Below are positions 52,401 to 63,579 of a stretch of 64,000 nt of DNA, piece after piece (within the stretch, counting starts at the first letter, position 1; every line of letters begins with the position of its first letter). The stretch covers positions 57,476,001 through 57,540,000 of the forward strand of contig NC_086108.1 of NCBI RefSeq assembly GCF_963921235.1, read 5' to 3'. A program made the translations under genes and the position numbers. This DNA comes from Mobula hypostoma. Taxonomy: Eukaryota. The notes below the pieces were generated by a model. That model saw only the letters and a list, made by a program, of their open reading frames with translations, was not told where the DNA came from and searched no databases.

Positions 52401-55400
52401 TATTATACAAGGTTATGTGGGATTCTATGTCACAACTATTTTGTCACTGGTTTTCATATTTCTGATTCCCTTAAGGCTCTCAGCAAATGATTTCTGCATA
52501 TATTCATCTTAGATAGCTGACAGTTTCTGACCCAGAGTTTAGGACTCTCCACTGAGAAGATAAGACCATAAAACATAGGAGCAGAATTCAGTCATTTGGT
52601 CTGTTGAGTCTGCTCCATCATTCAATCATGGCTGTTCCTTTTTTCCCTCCTCTGCCCCACTCCTGTAACCTTTGAAGCCATGTCCAATCAAGAACCTATC
52701 AAGATCTGCCCAACGACCTGGCCGCCACAGCAGCCTGTGGTAATAAATTGCACAAATTCACCACAAGATGCAGCCTCTTGGTCAATCACCCTCAGAATCC
52801 TGATGTTTCAATGGTAATACTTGAATAGGGAAGACTAAAATGTTGCTTAAAATGGAGATACAAATATATGAGAAAGCTGGAAAGACAATAGCAGAATTAG
52901 AGGTTCTTGAAAATTTTAGCCAATAAAGCTATTCACTTTGCATTGCCTTAGACTTTATGTCAAATTATTTTCCAGAAGGAGACATGGTTGAAGTGGTAAC
53001 TATTAAATGTCACGCGATTCGTAAATTAGTGACCATAAAACCATATTATGCTCTTACCCATCCCACATACATCTTACTACTTTCGTACTGGCACATTTGA
53101 CCCCAAAATCAATTTTGACCATATATAAAGGCAACACATGCAGTAGATGTAAAATCAAATACAGCTTTTGGAATTATATTAGTACATTTTATGTATTGCA
53201 CTGTACAGCTGCCATAATACAACAAATTTCATGACATATGTTTGTGATAATAAACCCGATTCTGATTGTGCCTTAATCATCACCCCCTCCTCCACTGCTG
53301 AGTTGGAGTATCAGGAACTGGTGAACATAGGTTTAAGGTGAGATGGGAAAGGTTTAAGAAGAACTTGAGGGGCAACTGTTTTATTATAAAAACATAAAGG
53401 GTGGTATGCAAACAGCTACGGGGAGCCACAGTTGAGAGCTGAGTTCCAGGTGGGGACCGAAGGTGGACAAACCGCCCTAAAAAGGACACGACATGTTCCC
53501 CCACCAGAGGTGCTACCCTTCCCTGACACCCCATACACCCGGCAAATGGGACTAGTTTGAACGTCGTGGACCAGTTAGGCCAAAGGGCTTATTTCTGTGC
53601 TACATCATTCTACATGCCATATGCTGTTTCTTTACCTTTTTACCTGTATTTGTTCTCCTTGGCTTTCACCCTTACATAAAGCCTTATAGTCCTCAAGTCC
53701 TGCTTTTTTTCTTTTTAAAAATTTCCCATTGTATAGATGTAGACTAACCTGCAAGCAGATGCTCTTACTCCACCTTTGCCAATCATGTCTTACTTTTATG
53801 AATTTGGCTTTGCCCGACAAGACCCTTATACTTTATCCCTGATCTATCCGCATCTTTTTCCATATCCACATTGAAATATATGAGTTTATGACCACTGTTT
53901 CCAAACTCCTCCCAAGCTAACACTTGGGGCCACATTCCCCATGGCAAGGTCCTTCCGTCATTGGTCTATCTCTATATTGTGATGAAAACTATTTGTGGAC
54001 ACACTTCGAAAATTCTACCTTGAACCTTTTATGCCAAGGCAATCCCAGTTAACATCTGAGAAATTGAAATCACCTTGTACTATAACTCTTATTAAAAATC
54101 ACATTTCTTTGCTATTTGTCTAAATATCTGTTCTCGTCTATTACCCGTTAATTTTTATATATTATGTAATACACCCTTCTGTTTGTAATCTTTAACTGAA
54201 GGCCTTTGAGGAGTCATCTAGGATACCCTCTCTCATATTAAAGAAATAAATTCCTTGACCAACAGTGCAATGATAGAGGCATAAAATATATTGAAAGTTC
54301 AGGGTGGAATGCAAATCAAACAGATACAACTACCCATAATTTCAATTTATAATGGAAACAAAAAAAAAATAAAAAAATCACATAATAGGATTTGCAAAGG
54401 TAGAATTATCTATCTTAAAATGACATTACTGTAATAAAACAATTGTACTTCTTTCTGGAAAAAAATTGTAGTTTTGAAAATAAGTTACTCGTGTAACCCA
54501 TTCAATAATTTCTAGATCAAAAAAAGTTAATCCAATAATACCTGAGGAATTCTAGCCTCCTTATGCAATGGACAAAATTCACTTTTCTTCATGTTGCTCA
54601 TTCCAGTTGTATTTTTTTGGTAAAATGGAGGATGGCTAGGAACAACTTTCAATGGGGATGTAGCAGGAAATCTGTTTAACAGAATATTAGTACATTATTT
54701 TCATCAAAAGATATTATTGAAGATAGTAAATGAAGCAAATTACTAGTAACTGCATTTATGTAACAACTTTAATATGGCAAGCCATTTCGTAGAAAATCTG
54801 ACTGAGGAGCAAGAAATATTAGTTACATCACTTGAAATCTTGATCACAGTTGGTTTTAAATATCTGAGAGGATAAGGTAGCGTGGAGATTTATAGAGTGA
54901 ATTACAAATCTTGGGCTTAATAGCTGGAGGCATGACATCAGTTGAGAGCTTAAAGTAAAGGAAAGAAGGCCAGAATAAGAGGAATGCACATCTCCTGGAA
55001 GACTGCAAGATTGGAGGTTACAAATATTGGAACAGCTGAGACAATGAAGAGACTTGAAGGCACCTGAAATCAAGGCATTTGCAATGGAAGCCAGTGAAAT
55101 TTAACAAGAAGATATAATGGATGTATAGTAAGATACAGGATGACATCAGGTTTATGAAGACTACTATGGGGCACCACAGTAGTGTAGGGGTTAGTGCAAT
55201 GCTATTACAGCTCAGGGCGTTGGAGTTCAGAGTTCATTTCTGGTGCCATCTGTAAGGAGTCTCTGTATGTTCTCTCTGTGAAATGAGTGGGTTTTTCCCG
55301 GATGAGCTGGTTTCCTCCTACGGTCCAAAGATGTGCTCGGTAGGTTTATTGGCTACTGTAAATTGTCCTGTGATTAGGTTAAGGTTAAACTGGGGACGTC

Positions 55401-58400
55401 GGGGATTGCTGGGGCAGAGAGGCTCGAAGGATCGGAAGGGCCTAATAACTGCACCTCCGAAAGATAGCAGAAAGAGAATAAGGACAGTATTCGGTAGGAC
55501 TGAGTGACAGTATGAAGTGACAAACGGAGAGTCTTATAGATGCAATATCAGGTCTACTTTCAGGCCAAATGTTTCCAAGATTGCCAGCTATCTAGTTTGG
55601 CCTCAGAGTGGCCAGGGAAAGTAATAGAGTCAGTGGTGGTGTGTGGGTGATTAAATTTATGGCAGGGTCAAAAAATTTATCCCTTTACCCAAAATAAAGG
55701 AATAAAACCTTGACATGCACCGTATATCACTATATTAACTAGATACCCCACTCAGCACCAAGGGATTTCACTGTATGCATTAGCCTACAGTTCAATCATG
55801 ATTGTAAAATAACTCATTATAAAGCACTCTCAGATATTCCAAGAAATTCACAAAAAATATTCAGATGCAGGATTCACCCCCTTTTCTTACCTATATAACT
55901 GACTGTTATCATCCACATTCTCCGCTCCCCATCTTCCTTTTATATCCTCAATCACACGGTTCTTCAAAAACTTTCTTAACAGTTGCAGAGTTTGCTGTCT
56001 AGTCACATCTGGCCCAAAGTTACTGTTATTTCTCAGCAGCTCATGCAGCCAATCAACTGCCTCGGAAGCAGTGAAACAATTATTGTACTTTTTCAAGCGC
56101 ACACAATGTTTCTTCAAAGGCATTCCTGCCCGAAACAGCTTGATTAATTCATTCCACTGGAGAGAGAAAAAAATAAAGAAAACACATAAATGTTATCGCT
56201 TTGTGACATTTGAATTGCAATACACATGTAAAATTAAATCTGAAGTACAACATAAAACAAGACAGAAGAAAATACTTCCAGTTTTCAAGCAGTAATTTCA
56301 ATAATGAAATCTATTAATTAAATGTATCCTGAACAAGGGCAACACATATCAGTCACTTCACTGACTGCATCATCATAGATGTTATTAGTGATTTCTTTGA
56401 GAGTAATAATAGTCACAACTTCAGACCAACATACAGTTCCCGATACATTATTTCTCAGCAAATACAGATTCCATAACTTTTCTGGTGTCTCACACTTTGC
56501 ATTGATACATTTTCTGAGAAACAATCCTTTCTATTATTGTAAGTGAATAAAGAATTTTTCTCATTGCACTCCCTTTCTAATGGATGGTTATTTTATATTG
56601 TACCTCCACTTCTGCAGAAAATGTTCATGAGCTGATATTTCGGATTCTCAGGATTTGTACATAGTGACCTCACATCTTCTACCACCTATTAATGTAATCT
56701 CATACAAGAATGTCACTATTCTAATTTACGAAAGCTCCTTTTACTGATCACCCTTGTATTCTCAGAATAAACTACACGGACTTCTGGTCTGGGAAGTCTT
56801 CATATTATAACATTGCTATTTCCCAAATCCTTCCATAGCTCCAATCCAATCTCCTTTAGCCCTTCAACTATTGCACTTTTGCTCCTGTAGATTTCTTGTT
56901 TTGAATAGTACATAATGAGCGGACAAACATTCAGCTGCTAAATACCTAGTCACATAGAAACTACATAGAACCATTTAAAAAATAAATTAAAAAAAACAGA
57001 CTACAAAACACATTTCACTGATAAACCAATTTAAAAAATCTGCCACCTAATGTTGAAACAGTACCTTTTTAATTTTTTTAAAAATACATCTCCTTTTATG
57101 CCCTCTGTGATTGCCTTCTGTCCACAGACTTCCAGCCAAGCAGAGCAGGAACACACACAAAAAAACACCAGTCAGCCAGTGCTGCATGAGTTCGAGATCT
57201 TAGCACTGGAACTGACCAAGTCCTCAGAGCTGATGAACAATGTTCAGCTGAGCTAGTTTTCTGAATGCCCAAAATTTAATGGAAGTTATGGCTAACATAA
57301 CAAAACCTATTTATTCCACCAGACTGCAGCTATGTACAAACCATATGACAGATTCACAACAATTTGGTTAAATTGTAAATTATCATTGAAAAGATCTATT
57401 AAGTTACCTGGTTATATCAAAGCCTTACAAAACAAAAAATGCTGGTATCAAACTAGACACTTGATTTAATAAAGAAAAATCAACCCGGCTCAGAATCATA
57501 TTTAATACCACTAGATATGTCCTGAATTATTTTGTTTTGCAGCGGCAGTACATTGCAATAGACAATAAAAACTATAAATTATAATAAGGAACAAATACAT
57601 ATAAAATTAAATTAAATAAGTAGTGCAAAAAAAAAGTGAGCTAGTGTACATGGGCTCATTGTCCAACCTCGAGTATTTGTCCAGTATTTCCCTCTTGAAG
57701 GTAGCAATAAGAAGAGGGCATATCCTAGGTGATGGGGGTCATTAATGATAAATGTCATCCTTTTCAGGATATCCTCGACGCTGGGGAGGCAGGTGCCTAT
57801 GATGGAGCTAGCTGAGTTTGCAACTTTCTGCAACTCTTTCCAATCCTTTGCAGTGGCTGCTCCATACCAGACGGTATTGCAACTGGTTGGAAAGTTCTCC
57901 ATGGTACAGCTATAGAAATTTGAAAGCGTTTCTGGTGACATACCATGTCTCCTCAAACTCCTAATGAAATGTAACCACTGTTGTGCCTTCTTTGTAATTG
58001 CATCAATATGTCGCCCAGGATAAATCTTCAGAGATATTGACACCCAGGAACTTGACATTTCCCACTCTTTCCACTGCTGATCCCTAGATGAGGACTGGTG
58101 GTTGTATCCTCAATTTCCCCTTCCTGAAGTCCACAATCAATTTCTTGGTTTTACTCAGGTTGAATGCAAGGTTGTTTTTGCGACACCACTCTACCAGCTG
58201 ATCTATCTCACTCCTGTATGCCTCGTCGTCACCATCTGATATTCTGCTAAAAATAGATGTCATCTGCAAATTTATAGATGACATTTGAGCTGTGCCTATA
58301 TGAAGTCCTTTGCATTAATATCTATAGATATGTCAAAATAGGGAACGCTGTCTTTCAAAGTTCAAAGTAAATAATCAAAGTATGCATAAGTTAGCAAATA

Positions 58401-61400
58401 CTATCTTGATATTCATTTTGCAGGCATTTACAGGAAAAAAACAATAGAATTTTACGAAAAATTGTACATAAACAGACAAGGACTGACAAACAGCGATGTG
58501 CAGAAGACGACAAAAAGCTGGAAACAAAAATGGTACTGAGAATATGAATCTTTGAAAGTGAGTCTGTAGATCATAGAATCAGTTCAGAGTAGTGGTGAAT
58601 AAAGTTATCCACGTTGGTTCAGGATCCTGATAGTTTTAAGCTAATAAGAACATAAGAAATAGGAGCAGGAGTAGGCCATCCAGCCCATCGAGCCTGCCCC
58701 GCCATTCAATAAGAACATGGCTGATCTGTCCGTAAACTCAGCTCCATCTACCTGCCTTTTCCCCGTAACCCTTCATTCCCTTACTATGTAAAAATCTATC
58801 TAACTGTATCTTAAATATATTTAGTGAGGAAGCCTCAACTGCTTCCCTGTGCAGAGAATTCCACAGATTCACCACTCTCTGGGAAAAACAGTTTCTCCTC
58901 ATCTCTGTCCTAAGTCTTCTCCCTTGAACCTTGAGGCAATGTCCTCTATTTCTAGCCTCACCTACCAATGGAAACAACTTTCCTACTTCTATCTTATCTA
59001 TCCCTTTCAAAATTTTGTATGTTTTTATAAGATCCCCTCTCATTCTTCTGAACTCCAGAGAGTATAGTCCCAGGCGACTCAATCACTCCTCATAGGTTAA
59101 CCCTTTCATCCCTGGAATCAACCAGGTGAACTTTCTCTGCACTGCCTCCAAAGCCAGTATATCCTTCCTCAAGTATGGAGACCAGAACTGCACACAGTAC
59201 TCCAGGTGCAGTCTCACCAGTACTCTGTATAGTTGCAGCATGACCTCCCTGCTCTTGAATTCAATCCCTCTAGCAATGAAGGCCAACATTCCGTTTGCCT
59301 TCTTAATAACCTGTTGTACCTGCAAGCCAACTTTCTCTGATTCATGCACAAGCACTCCCAAGTCCCTCTGCACAACAGCATGCTGCAATCTTTCACCATT
59401 TAAATAATAATCTGCTCTTCTATTATTCCTTCCAAAGTGGATGATCTCACATTTACCAACATTGTATTCCATCTGCCAGACCTTGGCCCGCTCACTTAAC
59501 CTATCTATATCCATCTGCAGACTCTACACATCCTCTGTACAATTTGCTTTTCCACTCAGTTTAGTGTCATCAGCAAATTTTGCTATGCTACACTCAGTCC
59601 CCTCTTCCAAATCAATGTAAATGGTAAACAGCTGCGGGCCCAGCACCCCACTCACCACTGACTGCCAACCAGAGAAACACCCATTTATACAAAACCTCTG
59701 CCTTCTATTGGTTAACTAATCCACTATCCATGCCAATACACTTCCTCCGACTCTATGCATCCGTATCTTATTTATAAGTCTCTTGTGCAGCGCCTTATCG
59801 AATGCCTTCTGGAAATCCAAGTATACGACATCCACCTGTTCTCCTCTATCCACTGCACTCATTATGTCCTCAAAGAACTTCAGTAAGTTTGTCAAACAGG
59901 ACCTGCCCTTTCTGAATCCATGCTGCGTCTGTCTAATGGAACCACTCTTTTCTAAATGTTCCTCTATTCCTTCCTTAATGACAGTTTCAAGCATTTTCCC
60001 GACTACAGATGTTAAGCTAACTGGCCTTAACGTTTCTTGAACCAGTTCTTGAACTGTTTGAGAATAACTGTTCTTGAACCTACTGGTATGGGACCAAAGA
60101 CTTCTCCCTGGCACTACACTATTCTCCAGACCACCTGGACAGTAAAGGTACCCATGTCAGACAACTGCTTATTGACTAGGGTTCTGTCTTCAATATAGTG
60201 GATTCTGGTTAATTGGGACACATCGGGGACCAGTACATTTTGGCCCCATTAAACGGCTGCTCCAATTAGCTGAAGTTTCATGGAAATAATTAAAAAGGTA
60301 TAAGAAAGGAAAACTACCATTAAAACTGAGTAACAAATTATGTATTCAAATGATATACAGAATAAATTATAACACTATCCAGACTACTACAGTACTAAAA
60401 ATGTGTATTAGTTCCTAATAGTTATCAGCAGAAGAATTGACAAAATCAGCACAGACACCTAGTGCAGTGAGTGGACTGCCTTCAAACAATGCTTTTGAAA
60501 ATAGCATCCTCCAAATCTTCATTTTAATGTGTAACATTCAAAATGATCGTTAATACCTTCAAATTCTTTGCAGCTCCTAAGCTTTGCAGCTTCTTGAAGT
60601 AGAGAAATCATTTCATTTTCACTCCCAGCCATTTCTGGCATCTCCAACCCTGAATGCTTGAAACCACAGTGAGCAAAACAGCTCTTCATTGTCTTCACAT
60701 AAAAGTTGCTGGTGAACACAGCAGGCCAGGCAGCATCTCTAGGAAGAGGCACAGTTACCTTTTGGGCCGAGGCCCTTCGTCAGGACTAACTGAAAGAAGA
60801 GCTAGTAAGAGATTTGAAAGTGGGAGGGGGAGGGGGAGATCCAAAATGATCATGGGACTGGAGGCCTAGGGAGAAAGAAAAAGGGGGAGGGGGGATATGA
60901 GAGGATCATGGGACTGTCCCATGATCCTCTCATATCCTTTTTGCCAATCAACTGTCCAGCTCTGGTTCAATCCCTCCCCCTCCTGTCTTCTCCTATCATT
61001 TCGGATCTCCCCCTCCACCTCCCACTTTCAAATCTGATACTAGCTCTTCTTTCAGTTAGTCCTGATGAAGGGTCTCGGCCCGAAACGTCGACTGTACCTC
61101 TTCCTAGAGATGCTGCCTGGCCTGCTGCGTTCACCAGCAACTTTTGTGTGTTTTGCTTGAAATTCCAGCATCTGCAGATTTCCTCGTGTCTTCATTGTCT
61201 TATTGTTTATTACTCACTAATTATCAGTGACAAAAATCACTGCTTTTTGACCACAAACGTGCAAGTGATGCTATTTAAAAACAGTTCACGCTAACCATAG
61301 TGAAGTGTCTACGGCCACACGATGTGCACATGACCGATGTGAGTTAGAAATTATTTTTCTACGGTCTCTTGTCCTAATTAAGTAGTATAGTGTCTCAAAT

Positions 61401-63323
61401 TAACAAAAGGAATCTGGGCTATTTTCCTGATTTGTTTTTGTTCTTTAAGAGTTATCCCAAATAAATGGCTGCCCGATTAACTGGAGCCCACTATAATATC
61501 ATTCCAAGCAAACCCATCACCAAACTCTGGAATTAAAATCTCCCTCTGCAACTGAATCTTTGATTTTCTGATCAATAGGCCACAAGGGTAGTCACCAACA
61601 CCTTTACCATGATTTTTCTAAACGCTGCTGCTCCACAAGGTTGCATCCTCAACCCTCTCTACTCATTGTAGTCTCATGCCAGGCTCTGCTCCAACTCCAT
61701 CCATGAAGGTTTTCAGATGATACCATAATAGCGGGCACATCTCAAACAACCAATACCATGCTTATTGCCTTGATGAAACCAGTTAGAATGCTCTCCCCTG
61801 CGCATCTATCAAAATTTGTCAAAGTTTTACATACATACATCATCCAAGATTGTTTAATGTCATTTCCAGTACTTAAGTGTAAAGGAGAATGAAATAATGG
61901 TAACTTCAGATTCGATGCAGCACAAAAAAAGATAAAGAACACAATAACAATAAAAAACAAATATAAATACAAAGGATTGCTTATATATGTAGATTGATTG
62001 TCTGTACGTTAGGTGACTGACTAGAAATGATAACGTAGTAGTAGTTGGGGTGTAGAGGTGTCGATCAGTTAGGGAAAGTAACTGCTTTTGAGGCTGGCGA
62101 TCCAGGTGTGGATTCTATGTAGCCTGCGTCCATGAGCAGGGTGGGTGGGATCCTTCGTGACATTACTAACCCTTTTCCTGCACCTTTCTGTCCTCGATGG
62201 TGGGTAGGCTGGTGCCAGTGATGTGTTAACCTTCCTGCCTGTCGCAGAACAGGTTCCATACCATGCTGTGATGCAGCTTGTTAGGATGGTGTCTACTGCG
62301 CATCTGTAGAATGATGTGAGTATAGATGTGTATAGTCCAGTTATGAACATCCGGTTTTTGATGACATGCTGAATCTACGTGGAGGGCCCGGTCTTGCCTT
62401 CTTTGTGATGACACTTGTGTGGACAGGACCTCTGATATGATGGTACCAAGGAATATAAAGCTACTGACACTCTCCACCTGGGACGCGCTAATGAGGACCT
62501 GCTCACTGATCTCCGGACTTTTTCCTTCTTAGTCTATAATTAGCTCTTTGGTTTAGCAGTGCAATGAAAAGCACACCATCTGTTATTCAAATAATGAAGT
62601 TCTCTAGGTATGGCCCGGGCACACAGAACAGAATACGAAACCAGGCAGTTTAAACCTGGCTAAATACTTTCTCACCAAGCTGGAACGCGAGATGTCATCA
62701 GGCATGTGCACAGAAACAGGAAATGTCGGGAGCTCAACGTCAGGTAGTGCCGTGAACAACGATCAGAACCGTGAAAATACCTGTGGTGTTGTTTCGCAAT
62801 CCATCATTCGGGGTTTTTCTTTTGCTCCCTACTTTTATTAAGTTCACCGGCACTCTGGAGATGTTTCAGCTCCTACAAGGACCACTGACTGTTTCGTAAA
62901 TCATTTTAATTTTGGTCCCACATTGGACAGGCATTATCGGTGAAATTGTCTTGCGCTACTTCTAATTTACAACGACTGTCAAATCCCAATATCTTGATAT
63001 TACCCAATACAGTAAATGATTATGAATTATATTCACTCACAATCGCCCTTTTTTGTAAAACAAAAAGTTAACTTCTCTTTTAAGCGACCTCTTTCCAAAC
63101 AGTTCCTGATGTAATGCTGTGTGCCCACCCGATGTGCCCACGCCAATAAAGCGCTGCTCTCCAATGGGGAAAACGTTCTCAACCCTGCTCCTATTCTGGA
63201 GCCCAATTCCTCTCCAAAACTAAGACAACTTCTTCGTCAAGAATGTTTTTTTCCAGATATCATGAAATAACTTACCAGCTTCGTAGCCCTATACGGCCCC
63301 GGCGAGATAATCCGGCTTTCCAT
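28271..63323 (-). CDS. DEPDC1: DEP domain-containing protein 1A, whole spliced CDS span: join of 63276-63323, 55891-56156, 54542-54671, 47844-47965, 45642-45772, 38658-38705, 37385-37525, 35658-36713, 35075-35247, 30042-30218, 29712-29897, 28271-28426
   Basis: Twelve exons with GT-AG boundaries and compatible phases sum to 2634 nt (877 aa plus stop). The protein has an N-terminal DEP domain and a RhoGAP-like region. The large exon 8 and the position next to RPE65 favour DEPDC1 over DEPDC1B. Confidence 0.96.
29712..29897 (-). CDS. DEPDC1: DEPDC1 exon 11 (IQYPCTD...[14 protein letters not shown]...KRKKLKQ)
   Basis: CAG/GTAAG; 186 nt. Confidence 0.95.
30042..30218 (-). CDS. DEPDC1: DEPDC1 exon 10 ([10 protein letters not shown]...[14 protein letters not shown]...KVK)
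   Basis: CAG/GTACTT; 177 nt. Confidence 0.95.
30640..34745 (+). mobile_element. Near full-length decayed CR1 LINE in DEPDC1 intron 9 (antisense to the gene)
   Basis: ORF1 has [17 protein letters not shown] and CLPGARV. ORF2 has YLNA, ITESWL, GSDHN, KFADD and RPHLEYC. Many stops are present. Confidence 0.9.
35075..35247 (-). CDS. DEPDC1: DEPDC1 exon 9 ([38 protein letters not shown]...GTRML)
   Basis: CAG/GTATGT; 173 nt; conserved [16 protein letters not shown]. Confidence 0.96.
35658..36713 (-). CDS. DEPDC1: DEPDC1 exon 8, large symmetric (phase 1-1) exon (VLCGYIM...[12 protein letters not shown]...PVAEVTMKP...NDTQ)
   Basis: TAG acceptor, GTAAG donor, 1056 nt open frame (track ORF 35641..36711); [12 protein letters not shown] motif. 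Confidence 0.93.
36908..37217 (-). mobile_element. tRNA-derived CORE-type SINE with TSD
   Basis: Minus strand A box TGGTCAAGTGG, degenerate B box, core GTTGTGTCCTTAAGCAAGGCACTTAACC; TSD ACCTCTC(A/T)CAAA at 36896-36907 and 37218-37229. Confidence 0.78.
37385..37525 (-). CDS. DEPDC1: DEPDC1 exon 7 ([27 protein letters not shown]...ELFVNIL)
   Basis: CAG/GTAGGT; 141 nt; RhoGAP-like LPEPLLTF motif. Confidence 0.96.
38658..38705 (-). CDS. DEPDC1: DEPDC1 exon 6 ([16 protein letters not shown])
   Basis: Conserved [15 protein letters not shown] motif; CAG/GTAAGT; 48 nt. Confidence 0.95.
39540..40650 (-). mobile_element. Rex1/Babar-like LINE 3' fragment
   Basis: [10 protein letters not shown]...[10 protein letters not shown] motifs. 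Confidence 0.82.
41100..41685 (+). mobile_element. Rex1/Babar-like LINE endonuclease (5') remnant
   Basis: [17 protein letters not shown]...QREIRN and an FTETW-like APE N-terminal motif. Confidence 0.6.
41740..42565 (+). mobile_element. Non-coding retroposon of about 0.8 kb, copy A
   Basis: Collinear with 44161-44972 at both ends (AACGGCGACTCCTTTGCTTGCATCTTC... and ...GTATACATTTCTCTGACATTAAAT); CCTTTGA-type tail. Confidence 0.7.
43050..45520 (+). mobile_element. Old, heavily degraded CR1 ORF2 remnant
   Basis: Nucleotide-level remnants of SQH.F...[15 protein letters not shown] and the CR1 3' region. Confidence 0.65.
44161..44972 (+). mobile_element. Non-coding retroposon of about 0.8 kb, copy B, inserted in an old CR1
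   Basis: Same family as copy A; interrupts the CR1 remnant at 43050-45520. Confidence 0.7.
45642..45772 (-). CDS. DEPDC1: DEPDC1 exon 5 ([14 protein letters not shown]...[12 protein letters not shown])
   Basis: CAG acceptor, GTGAG donor, 131 nt. Confidence 0.94.
47844..47965 (-). CDS. DEPDC1: DEPDC1 exon 4 ([10 protein letters not shown]...[16 protein letters not shown])
   Basis: AAG acceptor, GTAAGT donor, 122 nt, phase 0 to 2; QxDIEExW motif. Confidence 0.88.
48561..50256 (-). mobile_element. Tc1-family (DD34E) DNA transposon, IR/DR type, full length but inactivated
   Basis: TA-CAGTG...CACTG-TA ends with TIRs of about 210 bp. The transposase runs from ATG 49878 to about 48769 with [27 protein letters not shown] and LNPIENLW (34 residues between D and E). 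It is frameshifted. Confidence 0.93.
48784..48879 (-). mobile_element. Penelope terminal-repeat fragment inserted at the end of the Tc1 transposase
   Basis: CACACAAAATGCTGCAGGAACTCAGCAGGCCAG...GGGCCGAGACCCTT; TSD CAGTATTTAG(T/C)A(G/C)A at 48770-48783 and 48880-48893. Confidence 0.8.
50600..51805 (+). mobile_element. CR1 LINE 3' fragment
   Basis: [25 protein letters not shown] motifs; TCCTATG tail. Confidence 0.88.
54542..54671 (-). CDS. DEPDC1: DEPDC1 exon 3 ([15 protein letters not shown]...ARIPQ)
   Basis: CAG acceptor, FPATSPLK motif, GTATTA donor; 130 nt restores phase 0. The 3' half is divergent, so the donor is the less certain end. Confidence 0.88.
55168..55450 (+). mobile_element. 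V-SINE (HE1-like)
   Basis: tRNA-like head, then V-domain-like TGTAAGGAGT...GTGGGTTT..CC...GGTTTCCTCC.AC.GTCCAAAGA...TAAATTGTCC. Confidence 0.7.
55891..56156 (-). CDS. DEPDC1: DEPDC1 exon 2, DEP domain ([17 protein letters not shown]...[11 protein letters not shown]...DDNSQLYR)
   Basis: CAG acceptor, GTAAG donor, 266 nt; DEP-domain motif [11 protein letters not shown]. Confidence 0.96.
57490..58300 (-). mobile_element. Rex1/Babar-like LINE 3' fragment
   Basis: [27 protein letters not shown]; (TGATTC)-like tail. Confidence 0.85.
58645..60030 (-). mobile_element. CR1 LINE 3' fragment
   Basis: [32 protein letters not shown]; tail TTCTTATGTTCTTA. Confidence 0.9.
60696..61188 (+). mobile_element. 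Fold-back Penelope-derived element with perfect 13-bp TSD
   Basis: TSD TCTTCATTGTCTT at 60683-60695 and 61189-61201; outer arms about 60696-60850 and 60995-61150; inner perfect palindrome 60893-60937. Confidence 0.9.
61058..61093 (+). ncRNA. Minimal type I hammerhead ribozyme motif in a Penelope-like terminal repeat
   Basis: AGTC-CTGATGA-A-GGGTC-TC-GGCCC-GAAA-C-GTC-GACT. Helix I is AGTC/GACT, the CUGAUGA and GAAA core boxes are intact, helix II is a hairpin, and palindromic ACGT replaces helix III. The GUC triplet ends at 61089. Confidence 0.8.
61530..62560. mobile_element. Cluster of Rex1/Babar-like fragments in both orientations
   Basis: PQGCIL-like motif on plus; [11 protein letters not shown] and [11 protein letters not shown] on minus. 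Confidence 0.65.
63276..63323 (-). CDS. DEPDC1: DEPDC1 coding exon 1 ([16 protein letters not shown])
   Basis: ATG at 63323, conserved PGPYRATKL motif, donor GTAAGT; 48 nt. Confidence 0.95.
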
Positions 63324-63329
63324 ATCCTT

Positions 63330-63520
63330 CCAGTTGAAATTCAAATCCGGCAATGATCAGTGATAAACCCGCTGGCCATTTCCAACCACAGAAGCCGGAG
63401 ACAACGGCGAACACCGAAAGCAAGCTTCAGCCATTGCGAGTGTTTGAATCCCGAACGCGAACGCTCTCTCACTGCTCATTGGCTGAGACTCCCACGTGAC
63501 GTCACCAAATCGGGAAAGTG
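63330..63520 (-). promoter_or_regulatory. DEPDC1 proximal promoter/5' UTR, CpG-rich, with cell-cycle motifs
   Basis: CHR-type TTTGAA at 63340-63345 (minus) and 63443-63448 (plus), CCAAT at 63478-63482 (minus), overlapping E-box CACGTG 63493-63498 and CRE TGACGTCA 63497-63504, E2F-like TTTCCCG 63511-63517 (minus). CpG density is locally high. Confidence 0.7.
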
Positions 63521-63531
63521 ACCGTTTGTTG

Positions 63532-63534
<3 letters not shown>

Positions 63535-63579
<45 letters not shown>

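Larger units (their letters stand above)
60196..61493. mobile_element. pogo/Tigger-like non-autonomous DNA transposon hosting the PLE insertion
   Basis: Short imperfect TIRs (TAGTGGATTCTGGTTAATTGGG versus reverse complement TAGTGGGCTCCAGTTAATCGGG), each flanked by TA. Confidence 0.6.
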
